From Kiritimatiellia bacterium (lineage in GTDB: Bacteria > Verrucomicrobiota > Kiritimatiellia > RFP12 > DVOR01), in the NCBI GenBank assembly GCA_017531445.1, contig JAFXKZ010000001.1:68534-132533 (forward strand): a DNA stretch of 64,000 bases, read 5' to 3'. This document shows, one piece after another, positions 47,262-55,904 of this stretch; the stretch's first letter is position 1, and the number at the start of each line of letters is the position of its first letter. A model generated the notes under the pieces. It was not told the DNA's origin. It saw only the letters and a program-made list of their open reading frames with translations, and made no database searches. The translations under genes were made by a program, and so were the position numbers.

Positions 47262-47798
47262 TTATGGCGTGGAGGCAAAAGCCTGAAGTGCCGCAAAAAG
47301 GTCTTCCGGCTCCGGTAATCTTCCGGTGCCGGTGACCCCGCAGGCAAGTGCGCCTGTCGGGGGCGTCAGGAGACGATTTTGGCGTTGGATCAGGCACTGC
47401 ACATTCGCTTGTGTCGCAGGATGATTCCACATATGCGTGTTCATTGCCGGAGCGAGCAACAGCGGTTTGGGGTAGGCAAGAGCCGTTTGCGTCAACAAGT
47501 TGTCTGCAATGCCATGTGCCAATTTTGCCATTGTATTGGCGGAAAGCGGCGCGATGACAAAGAGATCCGCCCAGCCGGCCAATTCGATGTGGCGCGGATG
47601 CCAATCTTCTGCAGGGGCAAAGGCTGATTGCTCCACCTTGTTTTGTGAGAGGGTGCGCCAAGTGATTTCGCCGACAAACTCAAGTGCGTGTGGCGTTGCA
47701 ACCACGCGGACCTGCCATCCGGCCGATGTCATCAAACGCACGAGCGAGCACACTTTGTAGCATGCAATCGCACCGGTTACTCCCAGCAGAATGTTCAT
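47262..47798 (-). CDS. coaC: phosphopantothenoylcysteine decarboxylase-type flavoprotein (CoaC domain only)
   Basis: MNILLGVTGAIACYKV..., PAMNTHMW; 178 aa with no CoaB domain. Start at internal Met. Confidence 0.75.
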   Translation of the reverse strand: MNILLGVTGAIACYKVCSLVRLMTSAGWQVRVVATPHALEFVGEITWRTLSQNKVEQSAFAPAEDWHPRHIELAGWADLFVIAPLSANTMAKLAHGIADNLLTQTALAYPKPLLLAPAMNTHMWNHPATQANVQCLIQRQNRLLTPPTGALACGVTGTGRLPEPEDLFAALQAFASTP

Positions 47799-47835
47799 GT
47801 CTGTGCTCCTCAATCGGTTGTGATGATGTTCTTCT

Positions 47836-48429
47836 TCAGAGAAGTCCGCCCTTGACCATGATGATATCGCGCAAACGGCGATAGGCCAAATCGAGTTCAT
47901 CATTGACCACGCGGTAGGTGAATTCGTCTGCGCGGTCAAGCTCTGCTTGGGCATTCTTCATGCGCAGTTGAATCGTTGCCGCGTCGTCTTCGCCGCGCCC
48001 TTCCAACCGCTGCTGTAAAGTTTCCATGCTTGGCGGTTCAATAAAAATATCGGTAAAGCCCGCACGCAAAGGATCTCCGGGCGGAAGCCCGGCGATGTAA
48101 CGGCGGACGAGGTCGGCCCCGACCACGTCGATATCCATCAAAACGCTCTGACCTTCTTTGAATGCTTCACGGACGGGCTCTGCCGGTGTGCCGTAGTAAT
48201 TTCCGTGAACGATGGCGTGTTCCAACAGCTGTCCCTCTGCAACGCGCTGTTGAAAGGCTTCTTTGCTCAAGAAAAAGTAATCAATACCATCTTCTTCCAT
48301 GCCACGGGGAGCGCGTGTCGTGCAGGAAATGGAGTAGGTAATCTCCGGAAATTCTTGCAGCAACAAATCGCACAGCGTCGTCTTTCCCGTTCCGCTCGGC
48401 GCACTCATGACAATCAATAATGGTTTCAT
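47836..48429 (-). CDS. gmk: guanylate kinase
   Basis: MKPLLIVMSAPSGTGKTTL, TTRAPRGMEEDGIDYFF, GNYYGT. Confidence 0.9.
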   Translation of the reverse strand: MKPLLIVMSAPSGTGKTTLCDLLLQEFPEITYSISCTTRAPRGMEEDGIDYFFLSKEAFQQRVAEGQLLEHAIVHGNYYGTPAEPVREAFKEGQSVLMDIDVVGADLVRRYIAGLPPGDPLRAGFTDIFIEPPSMETLQQRLEGRGEDDAATIQLRMKNAQAELDRADEFTYRVVNDELDLAYRRLRDIIMVKGGLL

Positions 48430-48701
48430 TCGTCGTCTCTTTCCTAAAATGCTTCCCATAGACAGACATTATAACATAAGTTTATTTTCTTCTGCAGGGA
48501 AACTTTTCGGGCAGGGGCTGTTGTGGACGGCTCGCCGTTCTTTTCGGTTGACTTTCCTGGCATCGGCGGTGAGCAGTTTGTGAAGATATGTGAACGCCCG
48601 ACGGGGAGAAACGCCAGCACCCGGCGGCGAAGCGCGGTGTGCTGTGCTACGGGTAAAAGGGGGCTCCGGCCGGGAAATCGCGTGGCAATGAAAAATAACG
48701 C

Positions 48702-48730
48702 TTGCAATCTGAAAACCGTTTTGCTATCAT
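48702..48730 (+). promoter_or_regulatory. tRNA-Cys promoter (TTGCAA-N17-TGcTATCAT)
   Basis: -35 at 48702-48707 and -10 at 48725-48730 with an upstream TG. The tRNA starts 15 nt after the -10. Confidence 0.6.
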
Positions 48731-48744
48731 CATTGGCGTTTTAA

Positions 48745-48818
48745 GGCGTGATAGCCAAGCGGTTAGGCAGAGGACTGCAAATCCTTCTAGATCGGTTCGA
48801 CTCCGATTCGCGCCTCCA
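48745..48818 (+). tRNA. tRNA-Cys (GCA)
   Basis: 74 nt. Acceptor GGCGTGA/TCGCGCC (one G-U), anticodon loop CTGCAAA, T-loop GGTTCGACTCC, encoded CCA. Confidence 0.92.
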
Positions 48819-48826
48819 GTTTTAGT

Positions 48827-48865
48827 AAAGCAACTTGCGTATTCGCAGGTTGCTTTATTTGTTTT
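48827..48865 (+). terminator. tRNA-Cys terminator
   Basis: 13-bp stem (48827-48839 / 48844-48856) with loop TATT, followed by ATTTGTTTT. Confidence 0.75.
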
Positions 48866-49093
48866 CCGGAAGCCTCTTTCCCGGATGGGCGGCAGATGTG
48901 CGCGGCATGGCGGCGTGATTGGCAAGCCCCGCAGGATCGGTGCGGTGATGGGTAAAAGATGGAAAGGCGGGGGCATTGACTGCCGGGCACGGGAAATCCG
49001 GAATCGCTTTCGGGAGAATGCCGGGCGGCGGATGCCATGGCGGAAAACCGGTTGCACCGGAGGGTTCTTCCGGCGTCCGGCAAGGGCGTTGGC

Positions 49094-49180
49094 AACATGG
49101 GCGGCATTGCTGCTGCAACTTCGCCCATGTTGCGCGTCACTATCGCCGAAACAGCGCGTCAGTTTCGCCGAAGTTGAAAA
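49094..49180. repeat. REP-like inverted pair AACATGGGCG ... CGCCCATGTT plus CGCCGAAGTTGAAAA module
   Basis: 10-bp arms at 49094-49103 and 49122-49131. Related TTTCGCCGAAGTTGAAAAGGG at 49163-49183. Confidence 0.75.
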
Positions 49181-49312
49181 GGGTTTCCGTGGCGAGTGGT
49201 TTGCAACACGGGGCGTATGGCTTTGTGCCCGGGAAGTGTTTGTGCGTACCGCTTGTCGTGCCGCGCAGACAGACTTTCGGGTGGAGCGGGCGATTTTATG
49301 ATGATTAGGCAC

Positions 49313-49341
49313 TTGCAATCTGTGATAATTTCTGTTATCTT
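49313..49341 (+). promoter_or_regulatory. putative promoter TTGCAA-N17-TATCTT
   Basis: Shares CTTGCAATCTG with the tRNA-Cys promoter -35 region. About 60 nt upstream of the small basic protein ATG. Confidence 0.4.
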
Positions 49342-49402
49342 ATTGCGACATTTCATTTCAAGCGGGGTTCAGACCCCCTAACCAATGTTAAGGAGGTTCA
49401 AC

Positions 49403-49558
49403 ATGAGCCAGCACAGAAGTCTTAAAGGTTCGGGCAAGATTACTGCCAAGCGCAACGTGCTCAAGCGCTTCGAACGCATCGATTTGCTGATCAAGCGCGG
49501 TCAGTGGAAAGAGGGCGATCGCGGTCAGGGTCTCCGCAAGACCATGCCTGAAGCCTGA
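49403..49558 (+). CDS. small basic protein (51 aa), absent from the ORF track
   Basis: Strong RBS TAAGGAGGTTCAAC-ATG. Encodes MSQHRSLKGSGKITAKRNVLKRFERIDLLIKRGQWKEGDRGQGLRKTMPEA. Followed by a clean terminator. Resembles the ~50-aa small basic protein family recalled from PVC-group genomes. Confidence 0.7.
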   Translation: MSQHRSLKGSGKITAKRNVLKRFERIDLLIKRGQWKEGDRGQGLRKTMPEA

Positions 49559-49589
49559 TTCTTTGTTGCATACTGCAGCACAGATTGAA

Positions 49590-49619
49590 AGCGTCGCACG
49601 TTGCGACGCTTTTGTTTTT
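49590..49619 (+). terminator. rho-independent terminator
   Basis: AGCGTCGCA-CGT-TGCGACGCT stem, then TTTGTTTTT. Confidence 0.8.
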
Positions 49620-49717
49620 ACGCGGGCTTTGCTACACTGAACAACATCGGACACGTCTTTTTTAAGGGTGTGCAGCGGCGAAGAATGCAGCAGAGGCGGT
49701 CTTCCATTGGAGCGGAT

Positions 49718-51649
49718 ATGACGGATTGGCAGCAACTTTTGAACCCGGAACAATACCAGGCCGTCACGGCTTCGGAGGGGCCGATACTTGTTCTGGCCGC
49801 TGCCGGCACGGGGAAGACGCACACGCTCACCTATCGCGTGGCGTATCTGATTGAACAGGGTCTTCCCGCATACAATCTTCTTCTGCTGACGTTTACCAAC
49901 CGTGCAGCGCGCGAAATGATGGCGCGCGCTTCGCAATTGGTCGGCCCGGAGATCAATACGATGTGGTCGGGCACATTCCATCATGTCTGCCACCGGATTC
50001 TGCGCCGTCATGCAGATAAAATCGGTTACACGCGCTCGTTCTTGATTCTGGATCGGGATGATTCCCATGCGTTGATCCATAAAGCTTTGAAAGCGCGCGT
50101 ATCGGATGTTAAGCATTTCCCCAAGAAAGAGGTGATCGCTTCGCTGATCGGCAAGGCGGCCAATACGCAAAAACCGCTACGCGAAATCGTGGAAGCGGCA
50201 ACGTTCAAAGATCCGATCGATCCGGAAATGATTCTGGCCATTGCCCGCGACTATGACGAAGCGAAGCGCAAGACGAACGCGATGGATTTCGATGATCTGC
50301 TCGTGCTGACGCTCAAACTCTTCAAGGATTACCCGGAGGTGTTGCTGGAATACAGCACGCATTTCAAGTATGTGCTGGTAGACGAATATCAGGACACCAA
50401 TATCATCCAGGCGCAATTGGTTGATTTGCTCGCCTCGTATCATCGCAATCTGATGGCGGTGGGAGATGATTTTCAGTGCATTTACTCTTGGCGCGGGGCA
50501 GATTTCCGGAACATTATGGACTTTCCGAAGCGGTGGGAAGGCTGTCAAATCGTTAAATTGGAGCGTAATTACCGTTCGGTGCCGGAGGTGCTGGAGGCCG
50601 CCAATGCCTGTATTGCCGGGAATCCGGATCAATTTCAGAAGACGCTCCGTGCCGTGCGCGAAGGTTCAGGTGTCAAGCCGATGGTCGCCTTTCTGCGCGA
50701 TGCACAGGAGCAATCGCAATTGGTCATGCGGCATATCCAGCGCGCTTTGCAGTCCGGTTACGCCGCCAAGGATATCGCAGTGCTCTACCGTTCACACTTC
50801 CATGTGTTGGAATTGGAAATGGATTTGCGCCGGATGCGGATGGAGTATACGCTGACATCGGGACAGGGAATCTTTGAAAGCATCCATGTAAAGGACGTAA
50901 TTGCGTATCTGAGATTCTGCAGCGGCGGGACGGATGCCTTCGCATTCCAACGGATGATGGGGCTTTTGCAGGGGGTAGGACCGAAGACCGCCGGGAAGAT
51001 TTGGCAAAAGATGGGCGAACAGTTTGACGGCAGCCGGGAAACTGATCGGCTGAAATTGCTGTCGTTGATGCCGAAAAAGGCGCAGGATGACTGGAAAGTG
51101 ATTGATGCACTCATCGGAAACTACCACAAAGACGACTTGGAACATAACGGAAATCGCGCCGTAACCGCCTTTCTGGATGGATGGTATGAGGCGTATCTGC
51201 AGCGCAACTTTGAGAATGCCGAAGATCGTTACGAGGATATCGCCGCGCTCGCCGCCCAGTTTGAGCGTGGTGCTCCTGTAGCCGAGTTTCTCTACGATGT
51301 GGCATTGATGACCAATGTCGATGCCGAGCAAGCCAGGGCGATGGAAGACAATCCCGGCATCCGTCTGACAACCGTGCATCAGGCGAAAGGTTTGGAGTGG
51401 CCCATCGTTATTGTGTTGTGGTGCAATGAGGAAATGTTCCCAAGTGCCAAGGCTTTGGCTGAAGAGAATGACGCAGAAGAGCGTCGTTTATTCTACGTTG
51501 CCATCACCCGGGCCAAGGACAATTTGCTGTTGTGCGTACCCTCATCACGCCGCATAGCCAACGGCGGGGGCACGCAATATCTCAAGCCTTCGCGTTTCTT
51601 GAAGGAGCTTCCCGCAGCATTGGTGACCAAACGTTATGGACTTTATTAA
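49718..51649 (+). CDS. UvrD/PcrA/Rep-family ATP-dependent DNA helicase
   Basis: LNPEQYQAVTASEGPILVLAAAGTGKTHTL (motifs Q and I), VDEYQDTN (motif II), GDDFQCIYSWRGA, TVHQAKGLEW, YVAITRAK. Confidence 0.9.
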   Translation: MTDWQQLLNPEQYQAVTASEGPILVLAAAGTGKTHTLTYRVAYLIEQGLPAYNLLLLTFTNRAAREMMARASQLVGPEINTMWSGTFHHVCHRILRRHADKIGYTRSFLILDRDDSHALIHKALKARVSDVKHFPKKEVIASLIGKAANTQKPLREIVEAATFKDPIDPEMILAIARDYDEAKRKTNAMDFDDLLVLTLKLFKDYPEVLLEYSTHFKYVLVDEYQDTNIIQAQLVDLLASYHRNLMAVGDDFQCIYSWRGADFRNIMDFPKRWEGCQIVKLERNYRSVPEVLEAANACIAGNPDQFQKTLRAVREGSGVKPMVAFLRDAQEQSQLVMRHIQRALQSGYAAKDIAVLYRSHFHVLELEMDLRRMRMEYTLTSGQGIFESIHVKDVIAYLRFCSGGTDAFAFQRMMGLLQGVGPKTAGKIWQKMGEQFDGSRETDRLKLLSLMPKKAQDDWKVIDALIGNYHKDDLEHNGNRAVTAFLDGWYEAYLQRNFENAEDRYEDIAALAAQFERGAPVAEFLYDVALMTNVDAEQARAMEDNPGIRLTTVHQAKGLEWPIVIVLWCNEEMFPSAKALAEENDAEERRLFYVAITRAKDNLLLCVPSSRRIANGGGTQYLKPSRFLKELPAALVTKRYGLY

Positions 51650-52211
51650 GCTGTTTGTGCGTTCGTTGTTGTTCCTGCTTCCGGTGATGATTGTGCCGCC
51701 GGAAGAGGTGTGTGCGCAGGGAGTAAGTTTTCAACTCGCCACCGATGCGCAGTTGTCACTCTCCATTGCGCAGGAAGCAGAGGAGGCAGTTGATCGCGCA
51801 CAACGGTGGTTGCGGCAGCAACCTCCCGCGAAAGACCGGGCAGAAAGACTGCTGAGAGATTACGCACTTACAAGCGCAGATTCAGAAGGATTCACGATTT
51901 CCCGTTGCGACCTTACGCCATTGCAGCAGGCAATGCCCGCGCAAGAGACAGAAGCTTTCGCGATGGCGTTTGCGTTGGCTGTGGAGAAGAACCGTCATGA
52001 TTACAAGCGACTGTTTGCGTTTCAGCGCGATATGCCGGTTGCAAATCCGCCGGCAAACTGGCGTGAAACGCTTGCGCTGACGCTCATTAATGCCCAGAAA
52101 ATCACCCCCATAGGCGGACATTGGGCAAACAATCCGCAGGCGACCACATGGGCAGTCCTCACCTTGCGGGCACTTTTGAACGCCTCGCCGCGTGTTCGTT
52201 TGGCAGAGTAG
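51636..52211 (+). CDS. hypothetical secreted protein
   Basis: N-terminal signal-like MDFIKLFVRSLLFLLPVMIV. 14-nt overlap with the helicase 3' end. No motif recognised. Confidence 0.4.
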   Translation: MDFIKLFVRSLLFLLPVMIVPPEEVCAQGVSFQLATDAQLSLSIAQEAEEAVDRAQRWLRQQPPAKDRAERLLRDYALTSADSEGFTISRCDLTPLQQAMPAQETEAFAMAFALAVEKNRHDYKRLFAFQRDMPVANPPANWRETLALTLINAQKITPIGGHWANNPQATTWAVLTLRALLNASPRVRLAE

Positions 52212-52505
52212 GCGTCCGCTTTTTCGCCGAAAGCCGGGATGTTGTATCGGCAGAAAGCGTTTCACGCCCGGCAGAAGATCTGCTGGTATATCACCTGAAT
52301 AGCTCCCATTGAAGCCTTGTTTTACGCCTGATTTTCGCTTTGGCCGCGTGCAAAGCAGGGGTGCGTTTGCGCTGCCTATGCACGACTTTGACGGATATGT
52401 TCAGGCGAGTGTCTCGCCTCTTCTGTGTTTGTTGCCTGATTCTGTAACGGAGTAATGCGTGGTGGAGTGTCGGAATGAGTGAACGCAGTGGGAGCATTGA
52501 AGGAT

Positions 52506-52534
52506 TTGCGTTAGCAGACATTTTGCGCTATACT
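52506..52534 (+). promoter_or_regulatory. putative promoter TTGCGT-N17-TATACT
   Basis: Read directly, about 55 nt upstream of ATG 52591. Confidence 0.5.
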
Positions 52535-52590
52535 GGTGATTATCGTATGTGATTTGCAATGCGTTTATTTGAAAAAGGAGTTTTGACGCA

Positions 52591-53511
52591 ATGGAAAAGA
52601 AACCGACTCTCTTGATCCTCGCTGCCGGCATGGGTAGCCGCTATGGTGGGTTGAAGCAGATTGATTCTGTGGGACCTTCCGGTGAAACCATCATGGATTA
52701 CTCAATCTATGATGCGATTCGCGCCGGTTTTGACCGCGTTGTCTTTATCATCCGCAAGGATTTTGAAGAGGCCTTCCGTGAGAAGATTGTGGCGAAGTAT
52801 GAGGGGAAGATCCGCATTGATCTCGCATTTCAGGATCCGATGGACCTGCCGGAAGGCTGCACGTTCCCCGAAGGTCGCGAGAAGCCCTGGGGCACGGCAC
52901 ACGCCATCCGCTCGGCACGCAATGTGATTGATGCACCCTTTGCAGCCATCAATGCAGACGACTTCTACGGTGCAGATGCCTTCCGTCAGTTGGCGAAGTT
53001 CCTCACTTCTGTAGATACGGCTGCGGAACCCAAACAGTTTGCAATGGTGGGTTATCGTTTGGATCAGACGCTCTCTGAAAACGGCACTGTGGCGCGTGGT
53101 ATTTGCGAAGTCGCAGCAGACGGTAAACTCATTGGCGTGACGGAAATGACCAAGATCGCCCGCAAGGACGATGGCACCATCCAGAATGAGGAAGATCCTG
53201 ATGCGCCGGTGCCGTTGACCGGTGACAGCCGTGTATCGCTTAATCTCTGGGGCTTTACGCCGGCACTCTTTGAGGGCATGGAAGAGCGTTTCGCCACATG
53301 GTTCAAGGAACACGAGGGGCAGCTCAAGGCAGAATGGTACATTCCATTCTATGTAGACGAGCTCGTTAAGGGCGGCAAGGTGACGGTGGATGTGATTCCC
53401 ACCAACAGCAGTTGGTTTGGTGTCACCTATCGTGAGGATAAGCCTGTGGTCGTGGAAGCCATCCAAAAGATGGTGGAAGCCGGCGAATATCCCGTAAAGC
53501 TCTGGGAGTAA
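52591..53511 (+). CDS. sugar-phosphate nucleotidyltransferase family protein
   Basis: LLILAAGMGSRYGGLKQ (GxGxR NTP-transferase motif) and INADDFYG. AAAGGAG RBS. Confidence 0.75.
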   Translation: MEKKPTLLILAAGMGSRYGGLKQIDSVGPSGETIMDYSIYDAIRAGFDRVVFIIRKDFEEAFREKIVAKYEGKIRIDLAFQDPMDLPEGCTFPEGREKPWGTAHAIRSARNVIDAPFAAINADDFYGADAFRQLAKFLTSVDTAAEPKQFAMVGYRLDQTLSENGTVARGICEVAADGKLIGVTEMTKIARKDDGTIQNEEDPDAPVPLTGDSRVSLNLWGFTPALFEGMEERFATWFKEHEGQLKAEWYIPFYVDELVKGGKVTVDVIPTNSSWFGVTYREDKPVVVEAIQKMVEAGEYPVKLWE

Positions 53512-53596
53512 CGTTCCGGAAGTTGCGCGGGGTGTCTGGAGGCACTCCGCGCATTTGATGGGGGTGCACTGTTGTATGTGTGCCCCGGTAAGATTG

Positions 53597-53634
53597 ACGA
53601 CACGCCGCCCTTTGGGTCGGTGTGTCGTTGTTTT
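53597..53634 (+). terminator. rho-independent terminator
   Basis: 11-bp stem ACGACACGCCG / CGGTGTGTCGT (one G-U), followed by TTGTTTTA. Confidence 0.6.
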
Positions 53635-54365
53635 ATCAGAGGGCGAACGGAGTGATAGCGGCGCAAAGCGCACGGATATTGCTCCCACCTTCTCTGCGCC
53701 CACGCAACAGGGGCGGAGTGACAATGGCGTAAAGTGCATGGATTTTACGCCTGATTGCCCCCCTTTTGCCGGGGAGAGTTACGCGATAGCAGTATGCAGG
53801 ACTGACGCTATTAAAAGGGCAAGGTGTGCGGGTGTTTTGAACCTGTGAAGCGGAAATAGCGTAGCGTGCGCTCAGGAGCGTATGAGCAGATGGCATCAAT
53901 TGAAATGTAACAGAAGAGGGGCTGCATTACGGCGATGACGGGGAGGAACATGGGTGCAGATGATGACATTAAGTCCGTTAACGGCGAAAGGTCTCGGGGG
54001 CAAGATGGCCGATAATGAATGGAAAGGTGCACAGCGTGTGCCGGGGGCATGACAGTGGATGTGAGGTGGAGGAGACATAGCGGATCTGTAACCTCTGTTA
54101 TGTGTGACGCGTATCATGAGTGTCACGTATGAACGTGCGCTGCCATGTGTTGCGCCGAGCGTGGAGAGAGGAAGCTCTCCAGGCGGAGGCGTGACGGAAG
54201 GCGGAAGGGCTTGCTGCAGAAGGTCGTTGGGGACACAGTGAACGGACGCATGAAATAAAATAGAAGTTTTTGAAGGCTTTTGCTTGCGATAATGGCGTAA
54301 ATGTGAGATACTTTAGGCGTTGAGTAACGTAATTACGCTTGACTTGATATGAGAGGAATAACGCA

Positions 54366-54815
54366 ATGAAAAAGATGATTTATGGCGCTGCTGCCGCACT
54401 GACCCTGCTTGCAACCGGATGCACCGGTTCGTTTCAGTTGATGCAGGCGGTTCACCACTGGCACCGCAACTTTGAGAATCGTTGGACGGACGAAGCCTGC
54501 TATCTCGTGGCTTGCATCCTCCCGATTTATGCCGCCGCCTACACTGTGGATACCATTTTCTTCAACTCTGTCGAGTTCTGGATGGGCGAGAGCATGGTGC
54601 AGGTGACTACTGCTGATGCCACGGTCACCCGCGTGAATGCCACTACGGCACTTGTGAAGAGCAAGGCTTCGGGCGAGGTTTATACGCTTACCCGTTCGGC
54701 AGACGGCACGTTTGCCATGACCGATGCGCAGGGTAACAGCGTCACGGCGCAAGTGCAGGGCTCCATGCTCACGATGACGCTTCCCGACGGCACCACGCGC
54801 ACGGCTTTGATGTAA
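54366..54815 (+). CDS. DUF3332-like lipoprotein, paralog 1
   Basis: Lipobox LLATGC. Conserved block W..N......V.......P.Y......D.IIFNS(V/I)EFW shared with the next gene. Confidence 0.65.
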   Translation: MKKMIYGAAAALTLLATGCTGSFQLMQAVHHWHRNFENRWTDEACYLVACILPIYAAAYTVDTIFFNSVEFWMGESMVQVTTADATVTRVNATTALVKSKASGEVYTLTRSADGTFAMTDAQGNSVTAQVQGSMLTMTLPDGTTRTALM

Positions 54816-54894
54816 TTTCGGCAAGTCGCCGCCGGAGGATTGAAACCTGGGTGGCGTTGCTTATGAACCATACGCACAAAGAAAGGTACACACA

Positions 54895-55359
54895 ATGAAG
54901 AAAGCAGTGTTTATGGCGATGGCCGCGCTCACCGTGGCTGCGCTCTCCACCGGCTGCATTGGCAAGTTCCGCTTGACCAATAACATCTTGGCTTGGAACG
55001 AAGGTATGCACGAAGAAGCGTGGGTGCAGGAAGTCGTCTTCCTCGGTCTCCACATTGTTCCTGTCTATCAGATTTCCATCTTCGCTGATATCATCCTCTT
55101 CAACTCCATTGAGTTCTGGACGGATAAGCCGATCGATTTCCTCGCAGGCGTGGATCAGCAGGGCAATGAATACAAGGTGGTCTCCAACGGTGACGGCACC
55201 GCAACCCTCCACTACAAGGGACAGCTCTGCACGCTCGTCAAGCAGGGTTCCGAGGTGAAGATGGTCAAGGATGGTGCTTATGTGGGCACCTTCTCGGCAC
55301 AGGGTTCGCTCGTGAGCTTCACCGCTCCCGATGGCTCTGTTCAGAGCGTCTTGCGCTAA
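54895..55359 (+). CDS. DUF3332-like lipoprotein, paralog 2
   Basis: Lipobox ALSTGC and ADIILFNSIEFW. Collinear with the upstream paralog. Confidence 0.65.
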   Translation: MKKAVFMAMAALTVAALSTGCIGKFRLTNNILAWNEGMHEEAWVQEVVFLGLHIVPVYQISIFADIILFNSIEFWTDKPIDFLAGVDQQGNEYKVVSNGDGTATLHYKGQLCTLVKQGSEVKMVKDGAYVGTFSAQGSLVSFTAPDGSVQSVLR

Positions 55360-55380
55360 GTCCACGGACATGGCTTAAAA

Positions 55381-55415
55381 GAAGCGCCGCCGGAAGGCGG
55401 CGCTTCTTTTGTTTC
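55381..55415 (+). terminator. rho-independent terminator
   Basis: GAAGCGCCGCC-GGAA-GGCGGCGCTTC perfect 11-bp stem, then TTTTGTTTC. Confidence 0.85.
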
Positions 55416-55445
55416 TGCACCGGAGGGTCTGCGAAGCCGAAGCGC

Positions 55446-55560
55446 AACATGGGCGACATTGAGACGCAGTCCCGCCGGGATTGCAACGGCGTTTCGGCGA
55501 TGTTGGAGGGGTGGTTTCGGCGATGTTGGGCAAGTGCTTCATCAGAGAGGAAAACGAAGG
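55446..55560. repeat. REP-like 11-mers (AACATGGGCGA; two TCGGCGATGTT) plus GAAAACGAAGGTG module
   Basis: Copies at 55446-55456, 55494-55504 and 55517-55527. Module at 55548-55560. Confidence 0.7.
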
Positions 55561-55639
55561 TGCGGCTTGTTGTGAGGGGGGATGGAGGGAAGGTGAGGCG
55601 AACCCTTTCCGGAAAAAGTGAAACGCAGGTGCTTTTTCA

Positions 55640-55668
55640 TTGCGTTTTACGGTAGCACATTGTATAAT
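55640..55668 (+). promoter_or_regulatory. putative promoter TTGCGT-N17-TATAAT upstream of tRNA-Arg
   Basis: Read directly. A GAGACTTC/GAAGTCTC hairpin lies between it and the tRNA. Confidence 0.5.
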
Positions 55669-55735
55669 GCACGGCGTTTTTTGCCGAGACTTCTGCTTTA
55701 CTGAAGTCTCAGAATGTGCAATACTATAACCAAAC

Positions 55736-55811
55736 TGCCCTGTAGCTCAGTGGATAGAGCAGCGGTTTCCTAAACCGCGTGCCGCAGGTTCGATTCCTGT
55801 CAGGGCAACCA
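55736..55811 (+). tRNA. tRNA-Arg (CCT)
   Basis: 76 nt. Acceptor TGCCCTG/CAGGGCA, D-arm GCTCAGTGGATAGAGC, anticodon stem-loop GCGGT-TTCCTAA-ACCGC, T-loop GGTTCGATTCC, encoded CCA. Confidence 0.9.
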
Positions 55812-55904
55812 TTTTTTCTTGAGAGGCAGGGGCGTTTCCGCCGTCAGAGGGCGGAAAGAGTAGCGTGAACCTTGCAGAGGTGGTGCACAGGAAGGGCAAA
55901 CGCA

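Noticed and set aside
48647-49318. 223-aa minus-strand and 199-aa plus-strand ORFs in the gmk-uvrD gap
   Set aside because: They run across tRNA-Cys, its terminator and the REP-like repeats, and have Arg/Pro/Gly-rich low-complexity translations.
49388-50170. 260-aa minus-strand ORF
   Set aside because: It is antisense to the UvrD-family helicase 5' region and to the small basic protein gene. It has no motifs and an implausible composition.
53917-54330. GGGGCTGCATTACGGCGATGACGGGG resembles the 5' end of tmRNA (GGGGCTGATTCTGGATTCGACGGG)
   Set aside because: No tRNA-like 3' end (GGTTCGA.TCC...CCACCA), no plausible tag reading frame and no pseudoknot pattern could be found downstream on this strand. 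It is treated as chance similarity. RNase P and SRP core motifs are also absent.
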